Under the pieces are notes generated by a model. The model was not told the origin of the DNA. It saw nothing but the letters and a program-made list of their open reading frames with translations, and did no database searches. The position numbers were made by a program, and so were the translations under genes. Below are positions 41,901-54,699 of a stretch of 64,000 nucleotides of DNA, piece after piece (the first letter of the stretch is position 1; every line of letters starts with the position of its first letter). Source of the stretch: Eledone cirrhosa (lineage: Eukaryota); NCBI GenBank assembly GCA_964016885.1, contig OZ024740.1, positions 25,482,001 to 25,546,000 of the forward strand, in the 5' to 3' direction.

Positions 41901-44900
41901 GTTACTTCTATTGTAGTTGTAGATACTTCTATTGTAGTTGTAGTTACTTTATTGTAGTTGTAGTTACTTCTATTGTAGTTGTAGATACATCTATTGTAGT
42001 TTTAGTTACTTCTATTGTAGTTGTAGTTACTTCTATTGTAGTTGTAGTTACTTTATTGTAGTTGTAGTTACTTCTATTGTAGTTGTAGATACTTCTATTG
42101 TAGATGTAGATACTTCTATTGTAGTTGTAGTTACTTCTATTGTAGTTGTAGTTACTTCTATTGTAGTTGTAGTTACTTCTATTGTAGTTGTAGTTACTTC
42201 TATTGTAGTTGTAGTTACTTCTATTGTAGTTGTAGTTACTTCTATTGTAGTTGTAGTTACTTCTATTGTAGTTGTAGTTACTTCTATTGTAGTTGTAGTT
42301 ACTTCTATAGTAGTTGTAGTTACTTTATTGTAGTTGTAGTTACTTCTATTGTAGTTGTAGATACTTCTATTGTAGTTGTAGGTACTTCTATTTTAGTTGT
42401 AGTTACTTCTATTGTAGTTGTAGTTACTTCTATTGTAGTTGTAGTTACTTCTATTGTAGTTGTAGTTACTTTATTGTAGTTGTAGTTACTTGTATTGTAG
42501 TTGTAGTTACTTCTATTGTAGTTGTAGTTACTTCTATTGTAGTTGTAGATACTTCTATTGTAGTTGTAGATACTTCTATTGTAGTTGTAGATACTTCTAT
42601 TGTAGATGTAGATACTTCTATTGTAGTTGTAGTTACTTCTATTGTAGTTGTAGTTACTTCTATTGAATTTGTAGTTACTTTTATTGTAGTTGTAGTTACT
42701 TCTATTGTAGTTGTAGTTATTTCTATTGTAGTTGTAGTTACTTCTATTGTAGTTGTAGTTACTTCTATTGTAGTTGTAGTTACTTCTATTGTAGTTGTAG
42801 TTATTTCTATTGTAGTTGTAGTTACTTCTATTGTAGCTGTAGTTACTTCTATTGTAGTTGTTGTTACTTCTATTGTAGTTGTAGTTATTTCTATTGTAGT
42901 TGTAGTTACTTCTATTGTAGTTGTAGTTACTTCTATTGTAGTTGTAGTTACTTCTATTGTAGTTGTAGTTACTTCTATTGTAGTTGTAGTTACTTCTATT
43001 GTAGTTGTAGTTATTTCTATTGTAGTTGTAGTTACTTCTATTGTAGTTGTAGTTACTTCTATTGTAGTTGTAGTTACTTCTATTGTAGTTGTAGTTACTT
43101 CTATTGTAGTTGTAGTTACTTCTCTTGTAGTTGTAGTTACTTCTATTGTATTTGTAGATACTTCTATTGTAGTTGTAGATATTTCTGTTGTAGTTACTTC
43201 TATTGTAGGTGTAGTTACTTCAATTGTAGTTGTAGTTACTTCTATTGTAGTTGTAGTTACTTCTATTGTAGTTGTAGTTACTTCTATTGTAGTTGTAGAT
43301 ACTTCTATTGTAGTTGTAGTTACTCCTATTGTAGTTGTAGATACTTCTATTGTAGTTGTAGATACTTCTATTGTAGTTGTAGTTACTTCTATTGTAGTTG
43401 TAGTTACTTATATTGTAGTTGTAGTTACTCTATTGTAGTTGTAGTTACTTCTATTGTAGTTGTAGTTACTTTATTGTAGTTGTAGTTACTTCTCTTTTAG
43501 TTGTAGATACTTCTGTTGTAGATACATCTATTGTAGTTGTAGGTACTTCTATTGTAGTTGTAGTTACTTCTATTGTAGTTGTAGTTACTTATATTGTAGT
43601 TGTAGTTACTTCTATTGTAGCTGTAGTTACTTCTATTGTAGTTGTAGTTATTTCTATTGTAGTTGTAGTTACTTTATTGTAGTTGTAGTTACTTCTCTTG
43701 TAGTTGTAGTTACTTCTATTGTAGTTGTAGTTACTTCTCTTTTAGTTGTAGATACTTCTGTTGTAGATACATCTATTGTAGTTGTAGGTACTTCTATTGT
43801 AGTTGTAGTTACTTCTATTGTAGTTGTAGTTACTTCTATTGTAGTTGTAGTTACTTCTATTGTAGCTGTAGTTACTTCTATTGTAGTTGTAGGTACTTCT
43901 ATTGTAGTTGTAGTTACTTCTATTGTAGTTGTAGTTACTTTATTGTAGTTGTAGTTACTTGTATTGTAGTTGTAGTTACTTCTATTGTAGTTGTAGTTAC
44001 TACTATTGTAGTTGTAGTTACTTCTATTGTAGTTGTAGTTTGTTCTATTGTAGTTGTAGTTACTTCTATCGTAGGTGTAGTTACTTCTATTGTAGTTGTA
44101 GTTACTTCTATTGTAGTTGTAGATACTTCTGTTGTAGATACATCTATGGTAGTTGTAGGTACTTCTATTGTAGTTGTAGTTACTTCTATTGTAGTTGTAG
44201 TTACTTCTATTGTAGTTGTAGTTACTTTATTGTAGTTGTAGTTACTTCTATTGTAGTTGTAGTTACTTCTATTGTAGTTGTAGATACTTCTATTGTAGTT
44301 GTAGTTACTTTATTGTAGTTGTAGTTACTTCTATTGTAGTTGTAGATACATCTATTGTAGTTTTAGTTACTTCTATTGTAGTTGTAGTTACTTCTATTGT
44401 AGTTGTAGTTACTTTATTGTAGTTGTAGTTACTTCTATTGTAGTTGTAGATACTTCTATTGTAGATGTAGATACTTCTATTGTAGTTGTAGTTACTTCTA
44501 TTGTAGTTGTAGTTACTTCTATTGTAGTTGTAGTTACTTCTATTGTAGTTGTAGTTACTTCTATTGTAGTTGTAGTTACTTCTATTGTAGTTGTAGTTAC
44601 TTCTATTGTAGTTGTAGTTACTTCTATTGTAGTTGTAGTTACTTTATTGTAGTTGTAGTTACTTCTATTGTAGTTGTAGTTACTTCTATTGTAGTTGTAG
44701 ATACTTCTATTGTAGTTGTAGTTACTTTATTGTAGTTGTAGTTACTTCTATTGTAGTTGTAGATACATCTATTGTAGTTTTAGTTACTTCTATTGTAGTT
44801 GTAGTTACTTCTATTGTAGTTGTAGTTACTTTATTGTAGTTGTAGTTACTTCTATTGTAGTTGTAGATACTTCTATTGTAGATGTAGATACTTCTATTGT

Positions 44901-45250
44901 AGTTGTAGTTACTTCTATTGTAGTTGTAGTTACTTCTATTGTAGTTGTAGTTACTTCTATTGTAGTTGTAGTTACTTCTATTGTAGTTGTAGTTACTTCT
45001 ATTGTAGTTGTAGTTACTTCTATTGTAGTTGTAGTTACTTCTATTGTAGTTGTAGTTACTTTATTGTAGTTGTAGTTACTTCTATTGTAGTTGTAGATAC
45101 TTCTATTGTAGTTGTAGGAACTTCTATTGTAGTTGTAGTTACTTCTATTGTAGTTGTAGTTACTTCTAGTGTAGTTGTAGTTACTTCTATTGTAGTTGTA
45201 GTTACTTTATTGTAGTTGTAGTTACTTGTATTGTAGTTGTAGTTACTTCT
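34650..45250. repeat. Tandem higher-order repeat, period 5290-5353 bp (2 copies)
   Basis: Identical ORFs start at 35876/41229 and 38606/43959 (offset 5353). Rare variants ACTTTTTTG, CTATAGTAG, GGAAC and CTAGTG are shared at the same offset. Confidence 0.9.
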
Positions 45251-46700
45251 ATTGTAGTTGTAGTTACTTCTATTGTAGTTGTAGATACTTCTATTGTAGT
45301 TGTAGATACTTCTATTGTAGTTGTAGATACTTCTATTGTAGATGTAGATACTTCTATTGTAGTTGTAGTTACTTCTATTGTAGTTGTAGTTACTTCTATT
45401 GAATTTGTAGTTACTTTTATTGTAGTTGTAGTTACTTCTATTGTAGTTGTAGTTATTTCTATTGTAGTTGTAGTTACTTCTATTGTAGTTGTAGTTACTT
45501 CTATTGTAGTTGTAGTTACTTCTATTGTAGTTGTAGTTATTTCTATTGTAGTTGTAGTTACTTCTATTGTAGTTGTAGTTACTTCTATTGTAGTTGTTGT
45601 TACTTCTATTGTAGTTGTAGTTATTTCTATTGTAGTTGTAGTTACTTCTATTGTAGTTGTAGTTACTTCTATTGTAGTTGTAGTTACTTCTATTGTAGTT
45701 GTAGTTACTTCTATTGTAGTTGTAGTTACTTCTATTGTAGTTGTAGTTACTTCTATTGTAGTTGTAGTTACTTCTATTGTAGTTGTAGTTACTTCTATTG
45801 TAGTTGTAGTTACTTCTATTGTAGTTGTAGTTACTTCTATTGTAGTTGTAGTTACTTCTATTGTAGTTGTAGTTACTTTATTGTAGTTGTAGTTACTTCT
45901 ATTGTAGTTGTAGATACTTCTATTGTAGTTGTAGGTACTTCTATTGTAGTTGTAGTTACTTCTATTGTAGTTGTAGTTACTTCTATTGTAGTTGTAGTTA
46001 CTTCTATTGTAGTTGTAGTTACTTTATTGTAGTTGTAGTTACTTGTATTGTAGTTGTAGTTACTTTTATTGTAGTTGTAGTTACTTCTATTGAAGTTGTA
46101 GATACTTCTATTGTAGTTGTAGATACTTCTATTGTAGTTGTAGATACTTCTATTGTAGATGTAGATACTTCTATTGTAGTTGTAGTTACTTCTATTGTAG
46201 TTGTAGTTACTTCTATTGAATTTGTAGTTACTTTTATTGTAGTTGTAGTTACTTCTATTGTAGTTGTAGTTATTTCTATTGTAGTTGTAGTTACTTCTAT
46301 TGTAGTTGTAGTTACTTCTATTGTAGTTGTAGTTACTTCTATTGTAGTTGTAGTTATTTCTATTGTAGTTGTAGTTACTTCTATTGTAGTTGTAGTTACT
46401 TCTATTGTAGTTGTTGTTACTTCTATTGTAGTTGTAGTTATTTCTATTGTAGTTGTAGTTACTTCTATTGTAGTTGTAGTTACTTCTATTGTAGTTGTAG
46501 TTACTTCTATTGTAGTTGTAGTTACTTCTATTGTAGTTGTAGTTACTTCTATTGTAGTTGTAGTTACTTCTATTGTAGTTGTAGTTACTTCTATTGTAGT
46601 TGTAGTTACTTCTATTGTAGTTGTAGTTACTTCTATTGTAGTTGTAGTTACTTCTATTGTAGTTGTAGTTACTTCTATTGTAGTTGTAGTTACTTCTATT
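45050..46700. repeat. 817-bp module pair (39 monomers, two of them 20-mers)
   Basis: The GAATTTG marker is at 45401/46218, and again at 49764/50581 and 52501/53318. Confidence 0.82.
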
Positions 46701-47099
46701 GTAGTTGTAGTTACTTCTATTGTAGTTGTAGTTACTTCTATTGTAGTTGTAGTTATTTCTATTGTAGTTGTAGTTACTTCTATTGTAGTTGTAGTTACTT
46801 CTATTGTAGTTGTAGTTACTTCTATTGTAGTTGTAGTTACTTCTATTGTAGTTGTAGTTACTTCTCTTGTAGTTGTAGTTACTTCTATTGTACTTGTAGA
46901 TACTTCTATTGTAGTTGTAGATATTTCTGTTGTAGTTACTTCTATTGTAGGTGTAGTTACTTCAATTGTAGTTGTAGTTACTTCTATTGTAGTTGTAGTT
47001 ACTTCTATTGTAGTTGTAGTTACTTCTATTGTAGTTGTAGATACTTCTATTGTAGTTGTAGTTACTCCTATTGTAGTTGTAGATACTTCTATTGTAGTT

Positions 47100-49550
47100 G
47101 TAGATACTTCTATTGTAGTTGTAGTTACTTCTATTGTAGTTGTAGTTACTTATATTGTAGTTGTAGTTACTCTATTGTAGTTGTAGTTACTTCTATTGTA
47201 GTTGTAGTTACTTTATTGTAGTTGTAGTTACTTCTCTTTTAGTTGTAGATACTTCTGTTGTAGATACATCTATTGTAGTTGTAGGTACTTCTATTGTAGT
47301 TGTAGTTACTTCTATTGTAGTTGTAGTTACTTATATTGTAGTTGTAGTTACTTCTATTGTAGCTGTAGTTACTTCTATTGTAGTTGTAGTTATTTCTATT
47401 GTAGTTGTAGTTACTTTATTGTAGTTGTAGTTACTTCTCTTGTAGTTGTAGTTACTTCTATTGTAGTTGTAGTTACTTCTCTTTTAGGTGTAGATACTTC
47501 TGTTGTAGATACATCTATTGTAGTTGTAGGTACTTCTATTGTAGTTGTAGTTACTTCTATTGTAGTTGTAGTTACTTCTATTGTAGTTGTAGTTACTTCT
47601 ATTGTAGCTGTAGTTACATCTATTGTAGTTGTAGGTACTTCTATTGTAGTTGTAGTTACTTCTATTGTAGTTGTAGTTACTTCTATTGTAGTTGTAGTTA
47701 CTTCTATTGTAGTTGTAGTTACTTCTATTGTAGTTGTAGTTACTTCTATTGTAGTTGTAGTTACTTTATTGTAGTTGTAGTTACTTCTATTGTAGTTGTA
47801 GTTACTTCTATTGTAGTTGTAGATACTTCTATTGTAGTTGTAGTTACTTTATTGTAGTTGTAGTTACTTCTATTGTAGTTGTAGATACATCTATTGTAGT
47901 TTTAGTTACTTCTATTGTAGTTGTAGTTACTTCTATTGTAGTTGTAGTTACTTTATTGTAGTTGTAGTTACTTCTATTGTAGTTGTAGATACTTCTATTG
48001 TAGATGTAGATACTTCTATTGTAGTTGTAGTTACTTCTATTGTAGTTGTAGTTACTTCTATTGTAGTTGTAGTTACTTCTATTGTAGTTGTAGTTACTTC
48101 TATTGTAGTTGTAGTTACTTCTATTGTAGTTGTAGTTACTTCTATTGTAGTTGTAGTTACTACTATTGTAGTTGTAGTTACTTTATTGTAGTTGTAGTTA
48201 CTTCTATTGTAGTTGTAGATACTTCTATTGTAGTTGTAGGAACTTCTATTGTAGTTGTAGTTACTTCTATTGTAGTTGTAGTTACTTCTATTGTAGTTGT
48301 AGTTACTTCTATTGTAGTTGTAGTTACTTCTATTGTAGTTGTAGATACTTCTATTGTAGTTGTAGTTACTTCTATTGTAGTTGTAGTTACTTATATTGTA
48401 GTTGTAGTTACTCTATTGTAGTTGTAGTTACTTCTATTGTAGTTGTAGTTACTTTATTGTAGTTGTAGTTACTTCTCTTTTAGTTGTAGATACTTCTGTT
48501 GTAGATACATCTATTGTAGTTGTAGGTACTTCTATTGTAGTTGTAGTTACTTCTATTGTAGTTGTAGTTACTTATATTGTAGTTGTAGTTACTTCTATTG
48601 TAGCTGTAGTTACTTCTATTGTAGTTGTAGTTATTTCTATTGTAGTTGTAGTTACTTTATTGTAGTTGTAGTTACTTCTCTTGTAGTTGTAGTTACTTCT
48701 ATTGTAGTTGTAGTTACTTCTCTTTTAGTTGTAGATACTTCTGTTGTAGATACATCTATTGTAGTTGTAGGTACTTCTATTGTAGTTGTAGTTACTTCTA
48801 TTGTAGTTGTAGTTACTTCTATTGTAGTTGTAGTTACTTCTATTGTAGCTGTAGTTACTTCTATTGTAGTTGTAGGTACTTCTATTGTAGTTGTAGTTAC
48901 TTCTATTGTAGTTGTAGTTACTTCTATTGTAGTTGTAGTTACTTCTATTGTAGTTGTAGTTACTTCTATTGTAGTTGTAGTTACTTCTATTGTAGTTGTA
49001 GTTACTTTATTGTAGTTGTAGTTACTTCTATTGTAGTTGTAGTTACTTCTATTGTAGTTGTAGATACTTCTATTGTAGTTGTAGTTACTTTATTGTAGTT
49101 GTAGTTACTTCTATTGTAGTTGTAGATACATCTATTGTAGTTTTAGTTACTTCTATTGTAGTTGTAGTTACTTCTATTGTAGTTGTAGTTACTTTATTGT
49201 AGTTGTAGTTACTTCTATTGTAGTTGTGGATACTTCTATTGTAGATGTAGATACTTCTATTGTAGTTGTAGTTACTTCTATTGTAGTTGTAGTTACTTCT
49301 ATTGTAGTTGTAGTTACTTCTATTGTAGTTGTAGTTACTTCTATTGTAGTTGTAGTTACTTCTATTGTAGTTGTAGTTACTTCTATTGTAGTTGTAGTTA
49401 CTACTATTGTAGTTGTAGTTACTTTATTGTAGTTGTAGTTACTTCTATTGTAGTTGTAGATACTTCTATTGTAGTTGTAGGAACTTCTATTGTAGTTGTA
49501 GTTACTTCTATTGTAGTTGTAGTTACTTCTATTGTAGTTGTAGTTACTTC
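47100..49550. repeat. Tandem duplication, period 1241 bp
   Basis: Markers recur at 47233/48474 and 47884/49125, and the GGAAC variant at about 48239/49480. Confidence 0.78.
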
Positions 49551-52500
49551 TATTGTAGTTGTAGTTACTTTATTGTAGTTGTAGTTACTTGTATTGTAGT
49601 TGTAGTTACTTCTATTGTAGTTGTAGTTACTTCTATTGTAGTTGTAGATACTTCTATTGTAGTTGTAGATACTTCTATTGTAGTTGTAGATACTTCTATT
49701 GTAGATGTAGATACTTCTATTGTAGTTGTAGTTACTTCTATTGTAGTTGTAGTTACTTCTATTGAATTTGTAGTTACTTTTATTGTAGTTGTAGTTACTT
49801 CTATTGTAGTTGTAGTTATTTCTATTGTAGTTGTAGTTACTTCTATTGTAGTTGTAGTTACTTCTATTGTAGTTGTAGTTACTTCTATTGTAGTTGTAGT
49901 TATTTCTATTGTAGTTGTAGTTACTTCTATTGTAGTTGTAGTTACTTCTATTGTAGTTGTTGTTACTTCTATTGTAGTTGTAGTTATTTCTATTGTAGTT
50001 GTAGTTACTTCTATTGTAGTTGTAGTTACTTCTATTGTAGTTGTAGTTACTTCTATTGTAGTTGTAGTTACTTCTATTGTAGTTGTAGTTACTTCTATTG
50101 TAGTTGTAGTTACTTCTATTGTAGTTGTAGTTACTTCTATTGTAGTTGTAGTTACTTCTATTGTAGTTGTAGTTACTTCTATTGTAGTTGTAGTTACTTC
50201 TATTGTAGTTGTAGTTACTTCTATTGTAGTTGTAGTTACTTTATTGTAGTTGTAGTTACTTCTATTGTAGTTGTAGATACTTCTATTGTAGTTGTAGGTA
50301 CTTCTATTGTAGTTGTAGTTACTTCTATTGTAGTTGTAGTTACTTCTATTGTAGTTGTAGTTACTTCTATTGTAGTTGTAGTTACTTTATTGTAGTTGTA
50401 GTTACTTGTATTGTAGTTGTAGTTACTTTTATTGTAGTTGTAGTTACTTCTATTGTAGTTGTAGATACTTCTATTGTAGTTGTAGATACTTCTATTGTAG
50501 TTGTAGATACTTCTATTGTAGATGTAGATACTTCTATTGTAGTTGTAGTTACTTCTATTGTAGTTGTAGTTACTTCTATTGAATTTGTAGTTACTTTTAT
50601 TGTAGTTGTAGTTACTTCTATTGTAGTTGTAGTTATTTCTATTGTAGTTGTAGTTACTTCTATTGTAGTTGTAGTTACTTCTATTGTAGTTGTAGTTACT
50701 TCTATTGTAGTTGTAGTTATTTCTATTGTAGTTGTAGTTACTTCTATTGTAGTTGTAGTTACTTCTATTGTAGTTGTTGTTACTTCTATTGTAGTTGTAG
50801 TTATTTCTATTGTAGTTGTAGTTACTTCTATTGTAGTTGTAGTTACTTCTATTGTAGTTGTAGTTACTTCTATTGTAGTTGTAGTTACTTCTATTGTAGT
50901 TGTAGTTACTTCTATTGTAGTTGTAGTTATTTCTATTGTAGTTGTAGTTACTTCTATTGTAGTTGTAGTTACTTCTATTGTAGTTGTAGTTACTTCTATT
51001 GTAGTTGTAGTTACTTCTATTGTAGTTGTAGTTACTTCTATTGTAGTTGTAGTTACTTCTATTGTAGTTGTAGTTACTTCTATTGTAGTTGTAGTTACTT
51101 CTATTGTAGTTGTAGTTATTTCTATTGTAGTTGTACTTACTTCTATTGTAGTTGTAGTTACTTCTATTGTAGTTGTAGTTACTTCTATTGTAGTTGTAGT
51201 TACTTCTATTGTAGTTGTAGTTACTTCTATTGTAGTTGTAGTTACTTCTATTGTAGTTGTAGGTACTTCTATTGTAGTTGTAGTTACTTCTATTGTAGTT
51301 GTAGTTACTTATATTGTAGTTGTAGTTACTTCTATTGTAGCTGTAGTTACTTCTATTGTAGTTGTAGTTATTTCTATTGTAGTTGTAGTTACTTTATTGT
51401 AGTTGTAGTTACTTCTCTTGTAGTTGTAGTTACTTCTATTGTAGTTGTAGTTACTTCTCTTTTAGTTGTAGATACTTCTGTTGTAGATACATCTATTGTA
51501 GTTGTAGGTACTTCTATTGTAGTTGTAGTTACTTCTATTGTAGTTGTAGTTACTTCTATTGTAGTTGTAGTTACTTCTATTGTAGCTGTAGTTACTTCTA
51601 TTGTAGTTGTAGGTACTTCTATTGTAGTTGTAGTTACTTCTATTGTAGTTGTAGTTACTTCTATTGTAGTTGTAGTTACTTCTATTGTAGTTGTAGTTAC
51701 TTCTATTGTAGTTGTAGTTACTTCTATTGTAGTTGTAGTTACTTTATTGTAGTTGTAGTTACTTCTATTGTAGTTGTAGTTACTTCTATTGTAGTTGTAG
51801 ATACTTCTATTGTAGTTGTAGTTACTTTATTGTAGTTGTAGTTACTTCTATTGTAGTTGTAGATACATCTATTGTAGTTTTAGTTACTTCTATTGTAGTT
51901 GTAGTTACTTCTATTGTAGTTGTAGTTACTTTATTGTAGTTGTAGTTACTTCTATTGTAGTTGTGGATACTTCTATTGTAGATGTAGATACTTCTATTGT
52001 AGTTGTAGTTACTTCTATTGTAGTTGTAGTTACTTCTATTGTAGTTGTAGTTACTTCTATTGTAGTTGTAGTTACTTCTATTGTAGTTGTAGTTACTTCT
52101 ATTGTAGTTGTAGTTACTTCTATTGTAGTTGTAGTTACTACTATTGTAGTTGTAGTTACTTTATTGTAGTTGTAGTTACTTCTATTGTAGTTGTAGATAC
52201 TTCTATTGTAGTTGTAGGAACTTCTATTGTAGTTGTAGTTACTTCTATTGTAGTTGTAGTTACTTCTATTGTAGTTGTAGTTACTTCTATTGTAGTTGTA
52301 GTTACTTTATTGTAGTTGTAGTTACTTGTATTGTAGTTGTAGTTACTTCTATTGTAGTTGTAGTTACTTCTATTGTAGTTGTAGATACTTCTATTGTAGT
52401 TGTAGATACTTCTATTGTAGTTGTAGATACTTCTATTGTAGATGTAGATACTTCTATTGTAGTTGTAGTTACTTCTATTGTAGTTGTAGTTACTTCTATT

Positions 52501-53960
52501 GAATTTGTAGTTACTTTTATTGTAGTTGTAGTTACTTCTATTGTAGTTGTAGTTATTTCTATTGTAGTTGTAGTTACTTCTATTGTAGTTGTAGTTACTT
52601 CTATTGTAGTTGTAGTTACTTCTATTGTAGTTGTAGTTATTTCTATTGTAGTTGTAGTTACTTCTATTGTAGTTGTAGTTACTTCTATTGTAGTTGTTGT
52701 TACTTCTATTGTAGTTGTAGTTATTTCTATTGTAGTTGTAGTTACTTCTATTGTAGTTGTAGTTACTTCTATTGTAGTTGTAGTTACTTCTATTGTAGTT
52801 GTAGTTACTTCTATTGTAGTTGTAGTTACTTCTATTGTAGTTGTAGTTACTTCTATTGTAGTTGTAGTTACTTCTATTGTAGTTGTAGTTACTTCTATTG
52901 TAGTTGTAGTTACTTCTATTGTAGTTGTAGTTACTTCTATTGTAGTTGTAGTTACTTCTATTGTAGTTGTAGTTACTTTATTGTAGTTGTAGTTACTTCT
53001 ATTGTAGTTGTAGATACTTCTATTGTAGTTGTAGGTACTTCTATTGTAGTTGTAGTTACTTCTATTGTAGTTGTAGTTACTTCTATTGTAGTTGTAGTTA
53101 CTTCTATTGTAGTTGTAGTTACTTTATTGTAGTTGTAGTTACTTGTATTGTAGTTGTAGTTACTTTTATTGTAGTTGTAGTTACTTCTATTGTAGTTGTA
53201 GATACTTCTATTGTAGTTGTAGATACTTCTATTGTAGTTGTAGATACTTCTATTGTAGATGTAGATACTTCTATTGTAGTTGTAGTTACTTCTATTGTAG
53301 TTGTAGTTACTTCTATTGAATTTGTAGTTACTTTTATTGTAGTTGTAGTTACTTCTATTGTAGTTGTAGTTATTTCTATTGTAGTTGTAGTTACTTCTAT
53401 TGTAGTTGTAGTTACTTCTATTGTAGTTGTAGTTACTTCTATTGTAGTTGTAGTTATTTCTATTGTAGTTGTAGTTACTTCTATTGTAGTTGTAGTTACT
53501 TCTATTGTAGTTGTTGTTACTTCTATTGTAGTTGTAGTTATTTCTATTGTAGTTGTAGTTACTTCTATTGTAGTTGTAGTTACTTCTATTGTAGTTGTAG
53601 TTACTTCTATTGTAGTTGTAGTTACTTCTATTGTAGTTGTAGTTACTTCTATTGTAGTTGTAGTTATTTCTATTGTAGTTGTAGTTACTTCTATTGTAGT
53701 TGTAGTTACTTCTATTGTAGTTGTAGTTACTTCTATTGTAGTTGTAGTTACTTCTATTGTAGTTGTAGTTACTTCTATTGTAGTTGTAGTTACTTCTATT
53801 GTAGTTGTAGTTACTTCTATTGTAGTTGTAGTTACTTCTATTGTAGTTGTAGTTATTTCTATTGTAGTTGTACTTACTTCTATTGTAGTTGTAGTTACTT
53901 CTATTGTAGTTGTAGTTACTTCTATTGTAGTTGTAGTTACTTCTATTGTAGTTGTAGTTA
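48520..53960. repeat. Tandem higher-order repeat, period 2737 bp (2 copies)
   Basis: The private GTGGATAC variant is at 49226/51963, GTACTTAC at 51133/53870 and GAATTTG at 49764/52501. Confidence 0.9.
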
Positions 53961-54699
53961 CTTCTCTTGTAGTTGTAGTTACTTCTATTGTACTTGTAGA
54001 TACTTCTATTGTAGTTGTAGATATTTCTGTTGTAGTTACTTCTATTGTAGGTGTAGTTACTTCAATTGTAGTTGTAGTTACTTCTATTGTAGTTGTAGTT
54101 ACTTCTATTGTAGTTGTAGTTACTTCTATTGTAGTTGTAGATACTTCTATTGTAGTTGTAGTTACTCCTATTGTAGTTGTAGATACTTCTATTGTAGTTG
54201 TAGATACTTCTATTGTAGTTGTAGTTACTTCTATTGTAGTTGTAGTTACTTCTATTGTAGTTGTAGTTACTTATATTGTAGTTGTAGTTACTTCTATTGT
54301 AGCTGTAGTTACTTCTATTGTAGTTGTAGTTATTTCTATTGTAGTTGTAGTTACTTTATTGTAGTTGTAGTTACTTCTCTTGTAGTTGTAGTTACTTCTA
54401 TTGTAGTTGTAGTTACTTCTCTTTTAGTTGTAGATACTTCTGTTGTAGATACATCTATTGTAGTTGTAGGTACTTCTATTGTAGTTGTAGTTACTTCTAT
54501 TGTAGTTGTAGTTACTTCTATTGTAGTTGTAGTTACTTCTATTGTAGCTGTAGTTACTTCTATTGTAGTTGTAGGTACTTCTATTGTAGTTGTAGTTACT
54601 TCTATTGTAGTTGTAGTTACTTTATTGTAGTTGTAGTTACTTGTATTGTAGTTGTAGTTACTTCTATTGTAGTTGTAGTTACTACTATTGTAGTTGTAG

